This document shows, in pieces, positions 8,031-18,300 of a stretch of DNA of 64,000 nucleotides; positions within the stretch are counted from its first letter, which is position 1; every line of letters starts with the position of its first letter. This stretch comes from an uncultured Bacilli bacterium (GTDB lineage: Bacteria; Bacillota_I; Bacilli_A; RF39; UBA660): NCBI GenBank assembly GCA_934154785.1, contig CAKPGL010000002.1, positions 1,780 through 65,779 on the forward strand. The letters run 5' to 3'. The position numbers and the translations under genes were made by a program. Under the pieces are notes generated by a model. That model saw only the letters and a program-made list of their open reading frames with translations. It was not told the DNA's origin and ran no database searches.

Positions 8031-9221
8031 ATGAAAAAAGTATTATATTTAATGCTTACAGTATTTTGTGTTGTATGCTTGTCTGGTTGTGGTAAGAAAT
8101 ATACTGTATCATTTGATACTGATGGTGGAACTAAAGTAGAAGAAATAAAAGTAAAGAAAAACGCTACGATAGAAGTTTTACCAACTACAACAAAAGATGG
8201 TTATACATTTATTGAATGGCAATTAAATGGAAAAACATTTGATAAAAGTACTAAGATAACAAGTGATATAACATTAAAAGCTAGTTGGCAAAAGAATGCA
8301 GAACCAACTGTAGAAGTAAAGAAATATAAAGTAACATTTAATACAGATGGTGGAAGTAAAATAGAAAGTGTTGAAGTTGAAGAAAATAAGACATTAGAAA
8401 AACCAGAAAATCCAACAAAAAAAGGATATACTTTTGATAAATGGATGTTAAATAATAAAGAATATGACTTTGATACGAAAGTAACAAAAGATATTACTTT
8501 AAAAGCAACATGGAAAAGAGAAGAAACAAAACCAGCTGAAGAAGTAAAATATACAGTAAAATTTGATTCAAATGGTGGAAGTAATGTTGCTAGTCAAACA
8601 GTAGTAAAAGGAAATAAAGTAACTAAGCCTGCTAATCCAACAAGAAGTGGCTATACTTTTGAAGGATGGACTTTAGATGGCAAAGTATATAACTTTAATT
8701 CTACTGTTATTAAAAATATTACTTTAAAAGCAACATGGAAAAAAATAGAAGAAACAAAGCCAGCTGAAGAAGTAAAATATACAGTAAAATTTGATTCAAA
8801 TGGTGGAAGTAGTGTTGCAAATCAAACAATAGTAAAAGGAAATAAAGTAACTAAACCTGCTGATCCAACAAGAAGTGGCTATACTTTTGTTGGTTGGACA
8901 TTAAATGGTAGTAGTTATGACTTTAATACTCCAATAAATGGAGATATAACATTAAAGGCTAATTGGAAAGAAGTAGTAGTTGCTAAAACATATACCGCTA
9001 CTATAGAAACAGTAGATCCTTATTCACCAGATAGATATATAACAATAAAGGAAAATGGTGTTGCTATAAAAATAGCTAAATTAATGTATACAGATAATGT
9101 AGAAATAATTTGTGCAATAAATGGTACAAAAATAAGTGTAGCATATGCCGATATAAATGGTGAATCATCATTTAAAGTACAATTATTAGATGGTAGTATA
9201 GTAACTGCTAAAGTAGGATAA
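8031..9221 (+). CDS. surface lipoprotein with four Listeria-Bacteroides (Flg_new, InlB B-repeat type) repeats
   Basis: Signal peptide with lipobox LSGC. Four units of about 70-76 aa follow the pattern Y.V.F..(D/N)GG......V......(P)..P...GY.F..W.L.G..(Y/F)(D/N)....I..(D/N)ITLKA.W. RBS AAGGAGA. Confidence 0.85.
   Translation: MKKVLYLMLTVFCVVCLSGCGKKYTVSFDTDGGTKVEEIKVKKNATIEVLPTTTKDGYTFIEWQLNGKTFDKSTKITSDITLKASWQKNAEPTVEVKKYKVTFNTDGGSKIESVEVEENKTLEKPENPTKKGYTFDKWMLNNKEYDFDTKVTKDITLKATWKREETKPAEEVKYTVKFDSNGGSNVASQTVVKGNKVTKPANPTRSGYTFEGWTLDGKVYNFNSTVIKNITLKATWKKIEETKPAEEVKYTVKFDSNGGSSVANQTIVKGNKVTKPADPTRSGYTFVGWTLNGSSYDFNTPINGDITLKANWKEVVVAKTYTATIETVDPYSPDRYITIKENGVAIKIAKLMYTDNVEIICAINGTKISVAYADINGESSFKVQLLDGSIVTAKVG
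8523..8978 (+). repeat. tandem 228-bp (76-codon) direct duplication inside the lipoprotein gene
   Basis: Copies at 8523-8750 and 8751-8978. The first 150 nt or so are nearly identical by eye; the 3' third has diverged. Confidence 0.85.
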
Positions 9222-9231
9222 GGAGGTAAGC

Positions 9232-11727
9232 ATGAAAAAGAAAATAATAAGTTTATTATTAGTATTAAGTGCTTTTTTAATTACTAGTGGAGTAAGTGCT
9301 AAAGAGATGTCAAAAGATGATATAAAACCTGGAACTTATATGATAGGAACACATCTTTTTACAAGAGTTACCGCTGGTGAATATGATGGTACATTAACTG
9401 TCAGATATATAATGTTAGCAGCAAGGACAATAAATAGTGCAAATATAGATGACATGATTATTTATTTAAAAAACTCACGTGGTAAATGGGTAAATGCTGT
9501 TACAAATGAAGAGGTAACAGTACCAAATAAAGTAGATATTTATTATGAGAATTCAGTAGAAGAGTTTTTACCTAAAACAGAAATAGATTCTGGTTTAGAT
9601 ATTACATCGGCTCAATGGTTATTTTATCCATTATTTGATGAAAGAACAGTTGCAGAAACAACAAGTGGAAATATAAAAGAGTATCAATTTGAACTTTATG
9701 AAAAAACAGGTTCTGATTATACTTTTATTAATTCTCGCACTGTTAATCCTAGAGTTGGTGCTCCAGTGTATGTTTCTGCAACTAATGAAGTAAAAACATA
9801 CGTTGGTAGATTAGCAATCACAAATTCAAAAGGTGAAAAAATATATAGTGATTATTCAAACGAAGTAACAGTAGATACAAAAAATGAATTAGCTGTTCCA
9901 AACATGATAAGTGAATTGAATATCCAATACGATAGTTCCAGAGCTGATTGGTTTTTCAATATGTATTTGGATGAAGAATTTAAAAATAAATATCCAAGTG
10001 ATACTAGATACAATTTTGAATTATCTGAGAAAACAAGTTCAGGATATGTTTATGTAGATGATGCTTTTACTGAAGGAATGAGGGGAAAAGATGCGAGTGC
10101 TGATATTTCAAATGAAACTAAGACTTATGTAGCAAGATTATACATTAAAAATTCAGAAGGTGGAAAAATCTACAGCAATTATTCAGAGGAATTAACATTA
10201 AGCCTTAAGGATTCTATTCCAACACCAGAAATTTTCTATGAGTGTGATATGAGTGGTTGTTCAGTAAATGTGGCCGATTTTTACTTTAGAACATCTTGTA
10301 ATAACTCTAGTTCTTGTTCATCTACTGTTGCTGACAAACTTATAGGTAATTACTATTATAATGTTTATGAAAAAAATGGTAATAAGATAGATAATGGATA
10401 TGCTTTGGGTGCTAGAGGGAAAACTGCAAGTATTACAGATATTTCAAATGAAGAAAAAACGTATGTAGCTAAGTTATATCTTACAAATTCAAAAGGCGAA
10501 GAAGTAGTTAGTAAAGAATCAAATGAAATAACAATATCTGCTAAAGATATTTTAGGAAAACCAGAATTGAAATATGGCTGTACTGGTGCATCTTGTTCAA
10601 TTTGGATTAATTACAATACGGAACTTGCTAATGAAGTAAACTATGTAGTTTATGAAAAAACAAATGAAAGTTATACAGAAGTAGGTACTGCTATTTCAAA
10701 TGGTGGAGAAGCAGGTACTGCAGTAAGTATAACACTTACAAATGAACCAAAAACATATGTTACAAGATTTTACATAACAAATTCTGCTGGTGAGAAATTA
10801 TACAGTGATTATTCAGATGAAGTAATAATCAACGCTAAAGATATTCTAGGAAAACCAGTGTTAGAATATAGTTATGAAGCATCTGAAGGAAAGTTAAATT
10901 TTAATCTTAAATCTGATTCAAAATATTTAACCTCACCAGAAAATGCATTTGATTATAGTGTTGAATTATATGAAGAAAATGGAGAAAGTTTTGATTTAAT
11001 CAAAACAGAAAAATATAACACTTCTACTGGTGGCTCTACTATGTCTATAACTGTTCCAAGTGATGTAAAAACATACAAGGCAAGATTATATATTAAAAAC
11101 TCAAATAGTGAAAAAATTTATAGTGATTACTCTAATCTAATATTTATTGATCCAAATGGTATTATTCAATTAGAGGAAGTTGCAGTGGTAGGATATGAAG
11201 AAGAAAATAAACAAAAAGTAACTTATAAATTTAAAGATGATATATATACAAAATACACTAATATAGAAGTGTTATATATGTATGAAGGAAAAACAGATTG
11301 GGAATTATATTCTGATACTATAACTGCTTCTGAAGAATTTGAGATAGAACAAACATTTGGTCAGATACCTGAAAGAATTAGTGTAAGATTATATAAAGAA
11401 GTGGATGGTCAGAGAGTGTATACTAGTGGATACACCATATCTTATGATTCGGATACACCACTATTAACAGGTAGTGGTGTGGCTGTTGAACCAGAAACTA
11501 ACAAACGTATAGCGTCTTATATGTTTAAAAATGATATATATACAAAATACACTAATATAGAAGTATCGTATATGTATGCAGATTGGGAATTATACTCTGA
11601 TACAATAGAAGCTAATAAGGTATTTAGTATAAAATATGATGATACTCAAACACCTTCAAAAATAAAGGTTAGACTATACAAAATAGAAAATGGTCAAAGA
11701 GTCTATAGTAAAGATACAATTTTATAA
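9232..11727 (+). CDS. secreted modular repeat protein (831 aa), unknown family
   Basis: N-terminal signal peptide (LITSGVSA-KE). Five modules of about 110 aa each end in KTY(V/K)(A/G/T)(R/K)(L/F)(Y/A)(I/L).NS.(G/S)E(K/E).(Y/V)S.(Y/E)S(N/D/E).(V/L/I). Two C-terminal units of about 98 aa (DIYTKYTNIEV..MY...DWELYSDTI...RLYK...GQRVY). RBS AAGGAGG. Confidence 0.85.
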   Translation: MKKKIISLLLVLSAFLITSGVSAKEMSKDDIKPGTYMIGTHLFTRVTAGEYDGTLTVRYIMLAARTINSANIDDMIIYLKNSRGKWVNAVTNEEVTVPNKVDIYYENSVEEFLPKTEIDSGLDITSAQWLFYPLFDERTVAETTSGNIKEYQFELYEKTGSDYTFINSRTVNPRVGAPVYVSATNEVKTYVGRLAITNSKGEKIYSDYSNEVTVDTKNELAVPNMISELNIQYDSSRADWFFNMYLDEEFKNKYPSDTRYNFELSEKTSSGYVYVDDAFTEGMRGKDASADISNETKTYVARLYIKNSEGGKIYSNYSEELTLSLKDSIPTPEIFYECDMSGCSVNVADFYFRTSCNNSSSCSSTVADKLIGNYYYNVYEKNGNKIDNGYALGARGKTASITDISNEEKTYVAKLYLTNSKGEEVVSKESNEITISAKDILGKPELKYGCTGASCSIWINYNTELANEVNYVVYEKTNESYTEVGTAISNGGEAGTAVSITLTNEPKTYVTRFYITNSAGEKLYSDYSDEVIINAKDILGKPVLEYSYEASEGKLNFNLKSDSKYLTSPENAFDYSVELYEENGESFDLIKTEKYNTSTGGSTMSITVPSDVKTYKARLYIKNSNSEKIYSDYSNLIFIDPNGIIQLEEVAVVGYEEENKQKVTYKFKDDIYTKYTNIEVLYMYEGKTDWELYSDTITASEEFEIEQTFGQIPERISVRLYKEVDGQRVYTSGYTISYDSDTPLLTGSGVAVEPETNKRIASYMFKNDIYTKYTNIEVSYMYADWELYSDTIEANKVFSIKYDDTQTPSKIKVRLYKIENGQRVYSKDTIL

Positions 11728-11781
11728 TAAAAGGAGGCACAATTTGTGCTTCTTTTTGGTATAATAAATACGGTGATTAAT

Positions 11782-13077
11782 ATGAATGAAATTAAATGTC
11801 CAAACTGTGGAACTGTTTTTCAAATAAATGAAACAGATTATGAATCTATAGTTAAACAAATTAGAGATAAAGAATTTGAAAAAGAAATAACTTCTAGAGA
11901 GATGCAATATAAAATAGATAAAGAAAACGCTATTAAAATAGCGGAATCTAATATTGAAAAGAAATTAACTGAAGAATTAAATCAAAAAATAATAGAGATT
12001 AATGAGTTACAAAGTACTTTAAAAATAAAAGAAGAACAAACTAAGAATAAAGTAGAAAATATATATAAAGATGAAATAAATAAAAAAGATTTAGAAATAA
12101 GTGAATTAAAAAATAAGATTAAACTACAAGAAAGTAAAAGTTCTTTAGATATAAATAACGCTATTAGTGAAAAGTCAAAAGAAATAATTAATCTAAATAA
12201 CAAATTAGAAATATCTAAAAGTGAATATTTGTTAAAAGAAAAAACTTTAAAAGATAGTTACGAAGAAAAGTTAAAAAGTAAAGATGAACAAATTGCGTAT
12301 TATAAAGATTTTAAAGCTAAACAATCTACTAAAATGATTGGTGAGTCATTAGAACAACATTGCAATAATGAATTTAATAAACTTAGACCATTATTTAAAA
12401 ATTCTTATTTTGAAAAAGATAATGATATTAAAACTGGTTCTAAAGGAGATTTTATCTTTAGAGATTATGATGATGAGGGAACTGAAATAGTTTCTATTAT
12501 GTTTGAAATGAAAAATGAAGCTGATCTAACTGCTACTAAACATAAGAATGAAGATTTCTTAAAGGAATTAGATAAGGATCGTAAAGAGAAAAATTGTGAA
12601 TATGCTGTACTTGTATCCTTGTTAGAAATAGATAATGAATACTATAATACTGGTATTGTCGATATGTCGTATAAATATGATAAAATGTATGTAATTAGAC
12701 CACAATTCTTTATTCCACTTATTACGTTAATTAGAAGCCTTGCTAATAAAACATTAGAGTATAAAAAGGAATTAGAAATAATTCAAAATCAAAATATTGA
12801 TATTTCACATTTTGAAGAAAATATGAATGCTTTTAAAGAAGGCTTTAGTAGAAATTATCGTTTAGCTAATGAAAAGTTTAAAAAAGCTATTGAAGAGATA
12901 GATAAAACAATTGATCACTTACAAAAAACTAAAGATGCTCTTATATCCAGTGATAACAATTTAAGACTTGCTAATAATAAAGCAGAAGAACTTACAATAA
13001 AAAAATTAACTCGTAATAGTGAGACTGTGGCTAAAATGTTTGAAGAATTAAAAGAGAAAGAAGAAGCACCTATTTAG
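11782..13077 (+). CDS. DUF2130-type protein: N-terminal zinc ribbon, long coiled coil, C-terminal PD-(D/E)xK-like domain
   Basis: MNEIKCPNCGTVF zinc ribbon, then K/E-rich heptad region, then GDFIFRDY...IMFEMKNE (a D...E.K motif). ATG 11782 follows GGTGA and a TGgTATAAT -10 at 11757-11765; the track start 11746 lies upstream of that. Confidence 0.75.
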   Translation: MNEIKCPNCGTVFQINETDYESIVKQIRDKEFEKEITSREMQYKIDKENAIKIAESNIEKKLTEELNQKIIEINELQSTLKIKEEQTKNKVENIYKDEINKKDLEISELKNKIKLQESKSSLDINNAISEKSKEIINLNNKLEISKSEYLLKEKTLKDSYEEKLKSKDEQIAYYKDFKAKQSTKMIGESLEQHCNNEFNKLRPLFKNSYFEKDNDIKTGSKGDFIFRDYDDEGTEIVSIMFEMKNEADLTATKHKNEDFLKELDKDRKEKNCEYAVLVSLLEIDNEYYNTGIVDMSYKYDKMYVIRPQFFIPLITLIRSLANKTLEYKKELEIIQNQNIDISHFEENMNAFKEGFSRNYRLANEKFKKAIEEIDKTIDHLQKTKDALISSDNNLRLANNKAEELTIKKLTRNSETVAKMFEELKEKEEAPI

Positions 13078-13088
13078 GTGTTTTTTTT
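13063..13088 (+). terminator. intrinsic terminator after the DUF2130 gene
   Basis: Stem CACCT (13067-13071) pairs with AGGTG (13076-13080), extended by A:T pairs, followed by T8. Confidence 0.5.
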
Positions 13089-13107
13089 AAGTATTTAATG
13101 GAATTAG

Positions 13108-13143
13108 TGTCAATTTGACAGATATTAGAAATAGTGATATTAT
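13108..13143 (+). promoter_or_regulatory. strong sigma-A type promoter with a palindrome over the -35 element
   Basis: TGTCAA-t-TTGACA palindrome at 13108-13120. TTGACA (13115-13120), 17-nt spacer with TG, TATTAT (13138-13143). Confidence 0.6.
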
Positions 13144-13168
13144 AACGGGCAAATGAAGGGGGATTAAT

Positions 13169-14080
13169 ATGATTACATTAAAAGAATTACAGTATGTTGA
13201 TGCTTGGGCATCAAAAACACCTATGCCAGGTATTGAATATAGTAGAGAGGTTATGAAAGAAATAGAAAACTGTTATAATACTTATAATAGCTTATATAAA
13301 GATAAAGAATATAACATTATTTTTAGTAATGGTGAAGAAATAAGTTTTGCTATTTTAACTAAAAACTTATGCCATATGCTAGGAATTGACTATAAAAATA
13401 TAAAAGGAGATTATTTTGCTAATTATAGAAGAAATGTACTAGGTACTTCTTCAGAAAATTTAGCAAGTTATGAGTTACTAGAGTTACTAATAGAAAATTC
13501 AGAAAAAGTAATTGAACATGATAATAATATTTTAAATCGTGATAAAGCAATTAATTATTATAAATCTGGTATAAAATGTCAAATATTTAGGAGGTTAAGT
13601 AATTTTGATAAATTTAATTTTGGAGCTATTAACTATAATCCAGGCGATGATAAACATGATTATTCTAAAGAGAAAGTCTTCTTTGTAGCAAGTAATGAGC
13701 CAGTATGTCCTTATTTTATGATGGGTATCCGTTCAAATACTGCGGTTAAAGATTTAGAAGATGAAGAAAATATTGACAAATTAGGTACTAATGAAGATAG
13801 TGGTAATCAATACTTTGTAACAACTTTATTTGCACCATCTAATCCAAAAGAAAAGTTTGAAAATCAGGAAGTAATTATACCAACACAATTGTTAGTTTCT
13901 GATAATAATGAATTAAAGAGAATGAATGCTACACCAGAAGAAAAAATTCAATTATTAACTATGTATAAGAGTATCATTAATGAATATAATATTCCTAATA
14001 GAATTAATATTTATGGTGATTATGAAACAATGTTAAATGATTTAAGTAGTAGCAAAGAAAAATCTAAAATATTAAAATAG
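13169..14080 (+). CDS. hypothetical protein (303 aa)
   Basis: Long ORF with RBS GAAGGGGGA and its own promoter. No family recognised with confidence. Confidence 0.6.
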   Translation: MITLKELQYVDAWASKTPMPGIEYSREVMKEIENCYNTYNSLYKDKEYNIIFSNGEEISFAILTKNLCHMLGIDYKNIKGDYFANYRRNVLGTSSENLASYELLELLIENSEKVIEHDNNILNRDKAINYYKSGIKCQIFRRLSNFDKFNFGAINYNPGDDKHDYSKEKVFFVASNEPVCPYFMMGIRSNTAVKDLEDEENIDKLGTNEDSGNQYFVTTLFAPSNPKEKFENQEVIIPTQLLVSDNNELKRMNATPEEKIQLLTMYKSIINEYNIPNRINIYGDYETMLNDLSSSKEKSKILK

Positions 14081-14196
14081 AGCGTTCATACGTTCTTTTT
14101 TTGCGAAATGGAAAAAATCTATTTCAATTTTTTTAATAGTGTGATAAAATTGAAATAGTAGAGTGGATAAATTACGGCTATAATAGGAGGATAATT

Positions 14197-14619
14197 ATGG
14201 GATTTAATTTAAAAAAATGGTTAAAAGAGGATCAAACTGATAATTTTGCTACTGAAGGAACTGATGTAAGTGATAGTTATTATACATTAAAACCAGAGGA
14301 AGCATTACTTGAAAATGATGGTAATAGTAAGATGGTATTGTTAGAACCACGTGCTTATTCTGAATCACAACAAATAGTTGATTTCTTAAAATCTAGAAAT
14401 GCGGTTGTAGTAAATTTAAAACGTGTTACATCTGACCAAGCTAAAAGAATCGTTGATTTTTTGAGTGGAACTATTTACGCTATTGGTGGCGATATTCAAA
14501 AAATAGGTGGAGGTATTTTCCTTTGTACACCAAATAATATAAATATTCAGGGTAAAATAACTGACGAAAAAGAAGGAAAAGACATACATAATAATAATGA
14601 TATTAACATAGAATGGTAA
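14197..14619 (+). CDS. sepF: cell division protein SepF
   Basis: DUF552 core: [28 protein letters not shown]....[28 protein letters not shown]. Synteny sepF...divIVA-ileS as in Bacillus. Confidence 0.85.
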   Translation: MGFNLKKWLKEDQTDNFATEGTDVSDSYYTLKPEEALLENDGNSKMVLLEPRAYSESQQIVDFLKSRNAVVVNLKRVTSDQAKRIVDFLSGTIYAIGGDIQKIGGGIFLCTPNNINIQGKITDEKEGKDIHNNNDINIEW

Positions 14620-14685
14620 AAAAGTATTGAAGATTTAGTTTTAGTGTGCTAAAATAGTTGTTATTAGCACCGAAGAGGTGAAGAT

Positions 14686-15144
14686 ATGGGAAAATTTACA
14701 ATTAGACAAAACGGTTATGATATTAATGAAGTAAATAATTTCTTAGATCAAGTTATTAACCAAGTTGAAAGAATGGTTAAGGATATTAAGAAAAAAGATG
14801 AGTATATCAATTCTATTTCTAATATTGAAGAAGAAAATAAGAAATTAAAAGAAAAGGTAGCGCAACATGAGCGCCTTGAGAGTACTTTAAATCGTGCTAT
14901 AATCATGGCTGAGAAAACAAGTGAACAAATTAGAACTGCTGCTCAAAAAGAGAGTGAAATTATCATAACTGATGCTAAAAGAAATGCTAATCGTATTGTA
15001 AATGATGCCCTATTAAAGGCTGAAAAAACAGAAATGGAAGCAGATATGTTAAAACGTAATGTTACTATTTTTAAGAAGCGTTTGAGAGGTATTGTTGAAG
15101 CCCAATTAGAAGTAATTGATGATATAGAAAAAATTGAAATGTAA
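14686..15144 (+). CDS. divIVA: DivIVA-domain protein
   Basis: N-terminal F....GYD..EV..FLD motif followed by a coiled coil. Sits immediately upstream of the ileS T-box, as in Bacillus. Confidence 0.8.
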   Translation: MGKFTIRQNGYDINEVNNFLDQVINQVERMVKDIKKKDEYINSISNIEEENKKLKEKVAQHERLESTLNRAIIMAEKTSEQIRTAAQKESEIIITDAKRNANRIVNDALLKAEKTEMEADMLKRNVTIFKKRLRGIVEAQLEVIDDIEKIEM

Positions 15145-15152
15145 AACAAATG

Positions 15153-15352
15153 AACGAGACGTTATATTTAGAATATTGTAGAGAGTCTATGGTTGGTGAA
15201 AATAGACATTGCATAAATATATAAATCACTCGGGATGTGTTTGGGGGATAATCCTAAGACGGTAACGCGTTATAGTTTCAAGTATAATATTTTTATTATA
15301 AAAATAAGGTGGTACCACGCTAATGCGTCCTTAAAAATGGTGCTTTTTTTTG
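15153..15352 (+). promoter_or_regulatory. T-box riboswitch leader (Ile specifier AUC) controlling ileS
   Basis: AGAGAG box and GGTGAAA in stem I. Candidate specifier ATC-A at 15225-15228. Conserved T-box AATAAGGTGGTACCACG at 15303-15319. Terminator helix plus T8 ends near 15350. Confidence 0.85.
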
Positions 15353-15372
15353 TATAAATGGGAGGTTTATTT

Positions 15373-18300
15373 ATGTTTAAAGAATTAAAAAAAGGAAAAA
15401 TAAGTGAAATAGAAAGTGAATTTGTAAAATATTGGAAAGATATTGATATTTTAGATAAGTCGACAAATAGAAAAGATTGTAATGAAAATTATGTTTTTTA
15501 TGATGGACCAATATATGCTAATGCAAAACCTGGTATTCACCATGTATTTGCTAAGACTATTAAAGATTCTTTCTGTAAATATCAAGTAATGAATGGTAAA
15601 AGAGTATTACGTAAAATAGGATTAGATACACATGGGTTACCAATTGAGGTAAATGTTGAAAAGAAATTAGGATTTAAGTCAAAAGCTGATATTGAAGCAT
15701 TTGGTGTTGAAAATTTTTGTAAAGAATGTAATCATGAAACTGCTTCTAATATAGATGAAGTAGATAAAGTTACTGATATGATGGGTCAATTTATTGATAC
15801 TAAAAATCCTTATATTACTTGTAGTAATGATTATATTGAATCTGAATGGTGGATTTTAAAAGAAATGCACAAGAAAGGTTTAGTATATTATGGTTCTAAA
15901 GTACTTCCATATTGTCCTAGATGTGGTACAGAACTTGCAACACATGAAGTTTCCCAAGGATATCAAGAAGATACTGTTAATACTGTTATTGTTCCATTTA
16001 AATTAGTAGGTAAAGATGAATATTTACTTGTTTGGACAACAACACCTTGGACTTTAATGGATAATGTTGCGGCTTGTGTAAATCCTAATTATGAATATTT
16101 AAAAGTAGAATCTAAAGGATATAAGTTTATTGTTGGAAAAACTTTAGCAAATAAAGTATTAGGTGATGAATACGAAGTATTAGAAACATATAAAGGTTCT
16201 GATTTAGTAGGACTAGAATATGAACAATTAATGCCTTTTGCTAAAGTTGATGGTAAAGCTTTTATTGTAGTTGCGGATGAATATGTAACTGATGAAGATG
16301 GTACAGGAATTGTTCATATAGCTCCAGCTTATGGTGCTGATGATAACCGTGTTTGTACTACTAATGGAATTTCATTTATTCAAAGTGTTGATGCTTCAGG
16401 TTGTTATAAAGTAGGTCCTTGGAAAGGAACTTTAGTTACTGATAAAGAACTTGAAATAGATATTATAAAATGGCTTAAAGAAAATGATAAACTATTTAAG
16501 AAAATTAAAATGACTCACGATTATCCACATTGCTGGAGATGTAAGAGTCCACTTATTTATTATGCTAAACCAGCTTGGTATATAAGAAATACAAGTTATA
16601 AAGATAAAATTATAGAAGCTAATAAAACTATTAATTGGTATCCTGATTATATTGGAACTAAAAGATTTAATAACTGGCTAGAAAATATGCTTGACTGGGG
16701 TATTTCTAGAAATAGATATTGGGGTTGTCCACTTCCTATTTGGACCTGTCAAGAATGTAATCATTTTGAAGTTATTGGTTCTAAGGACGAATTAAAATCA
16801 TTAATGGTAGAAAAAGATATTGATGTTAATTCATTAGAGTTACATAGACCTTATATTGATAAAATTCATATTACTTGTAGCAAATGTGGTCATGTTATGA
16901 ATAGAGTTCCAGATGTTATGGATGTATGGTTTGATTCTGGTTGTATGCCTTATGCCCAATATCATTATCCTTTTGAAAATAAGGAATTATTTGAATCACA
17001 ATTCCCAGCTGATTTTATTGCTGAAGGTGTAGACCAAACTCGTGGTTGGTTCTATGTTTTATTAGTTATTTCTACTATTATATCTGGTAAATCAAGTTTT
17101 AAAAACGTTGTTGTTAATGATATGATGTTAGATGCTAATGGCAAAAAGATGAGTAAATCAACTGGTAATATAATTGATCCTATTGAAATAATGAAACAAT
17201 ATGGTGCTGACGCTAATAGATGGTACATGTTATATACTTCTCCAGTTTGGACACCACTTCGTTTTGATGTAGATGGTTTAAAAGAAGTTTCTTCTAAGTA
17301 TATCTCAACATTTAAAAATACTTATTCATTCTTCCAAATGTACGCTAACGCTGATAATATAGATCCAAGAGAATATACTGTTGATTATGAAAAAAGAGAA
17401 TTAATTGATAAGTGGATTTTATCTAAATTAAATAAACTTATTAAAGAAGTAACTGATGCTTATAATAGTTATGATTTAACTGTTGTTGTAAGAAAGATAA
17501 CAGATTTCTTAAATAATGATTTATCTAATTGGTATATTCGTATTAATCGTCGTCGTTTCTGGGAAAGTGAATTAACAGAAAATAAAAAAGCTGTATATTT
17601 AACAACTTATGAAGTATTACTTACACTTACTAAATTAGTTGCGCCAATTACACCATTTATTTCTGAAGAAATTTATAAATGTTTAACAGAAAAAGAATCA
17701 GTTCATTTAGAAAGTTTCCCTAAATATAATGCAGATTTAATTAATGATGCTATTGAAGAGAAGATGGATTTAGTAAGAGATATCTGTAGTTTAGGTAGAT
17801 TTGCTCGTGATGATGCTAAAATAAAAGTACGTCAACCAATTAGTGAAGTTATTATTGATAGTAATAATAAAGATATAATTGGGGATATTGATACTATTAT
17901 TAAAGAAGAATTAAATGTTAAAAATATTTTATATATTTCAGATATGACAAAATATATGGATTATGTAATTAAACCTAATTTTAGAGAAGTAGGTAAAAAA
18001 CTGGGTTCTAAAGTAAAAGCTTTCCAAGAAAGTTTAACTACTTTAACAAATGAACAAATATCTACTTTAAAGGAGAAGTCTATTGTTATTAATGTTGCAG
18101 GTGAAGATTTAGAAGTAACTCCTGATATGGTAGAAATAAATGTTAAGGTTAAAGAAGGATATTATAGTTCAAGTAACGCTAAGACATTTGTTATCTTAAA
18201 TACAGAGCTTACTCAAGAATTAATATTAGAAGGTATTGCTCGTGAACTTGTTAGAAAAATTCAATCATTAAGAAAAGACGCTGACTTAGTTATTACAGAT

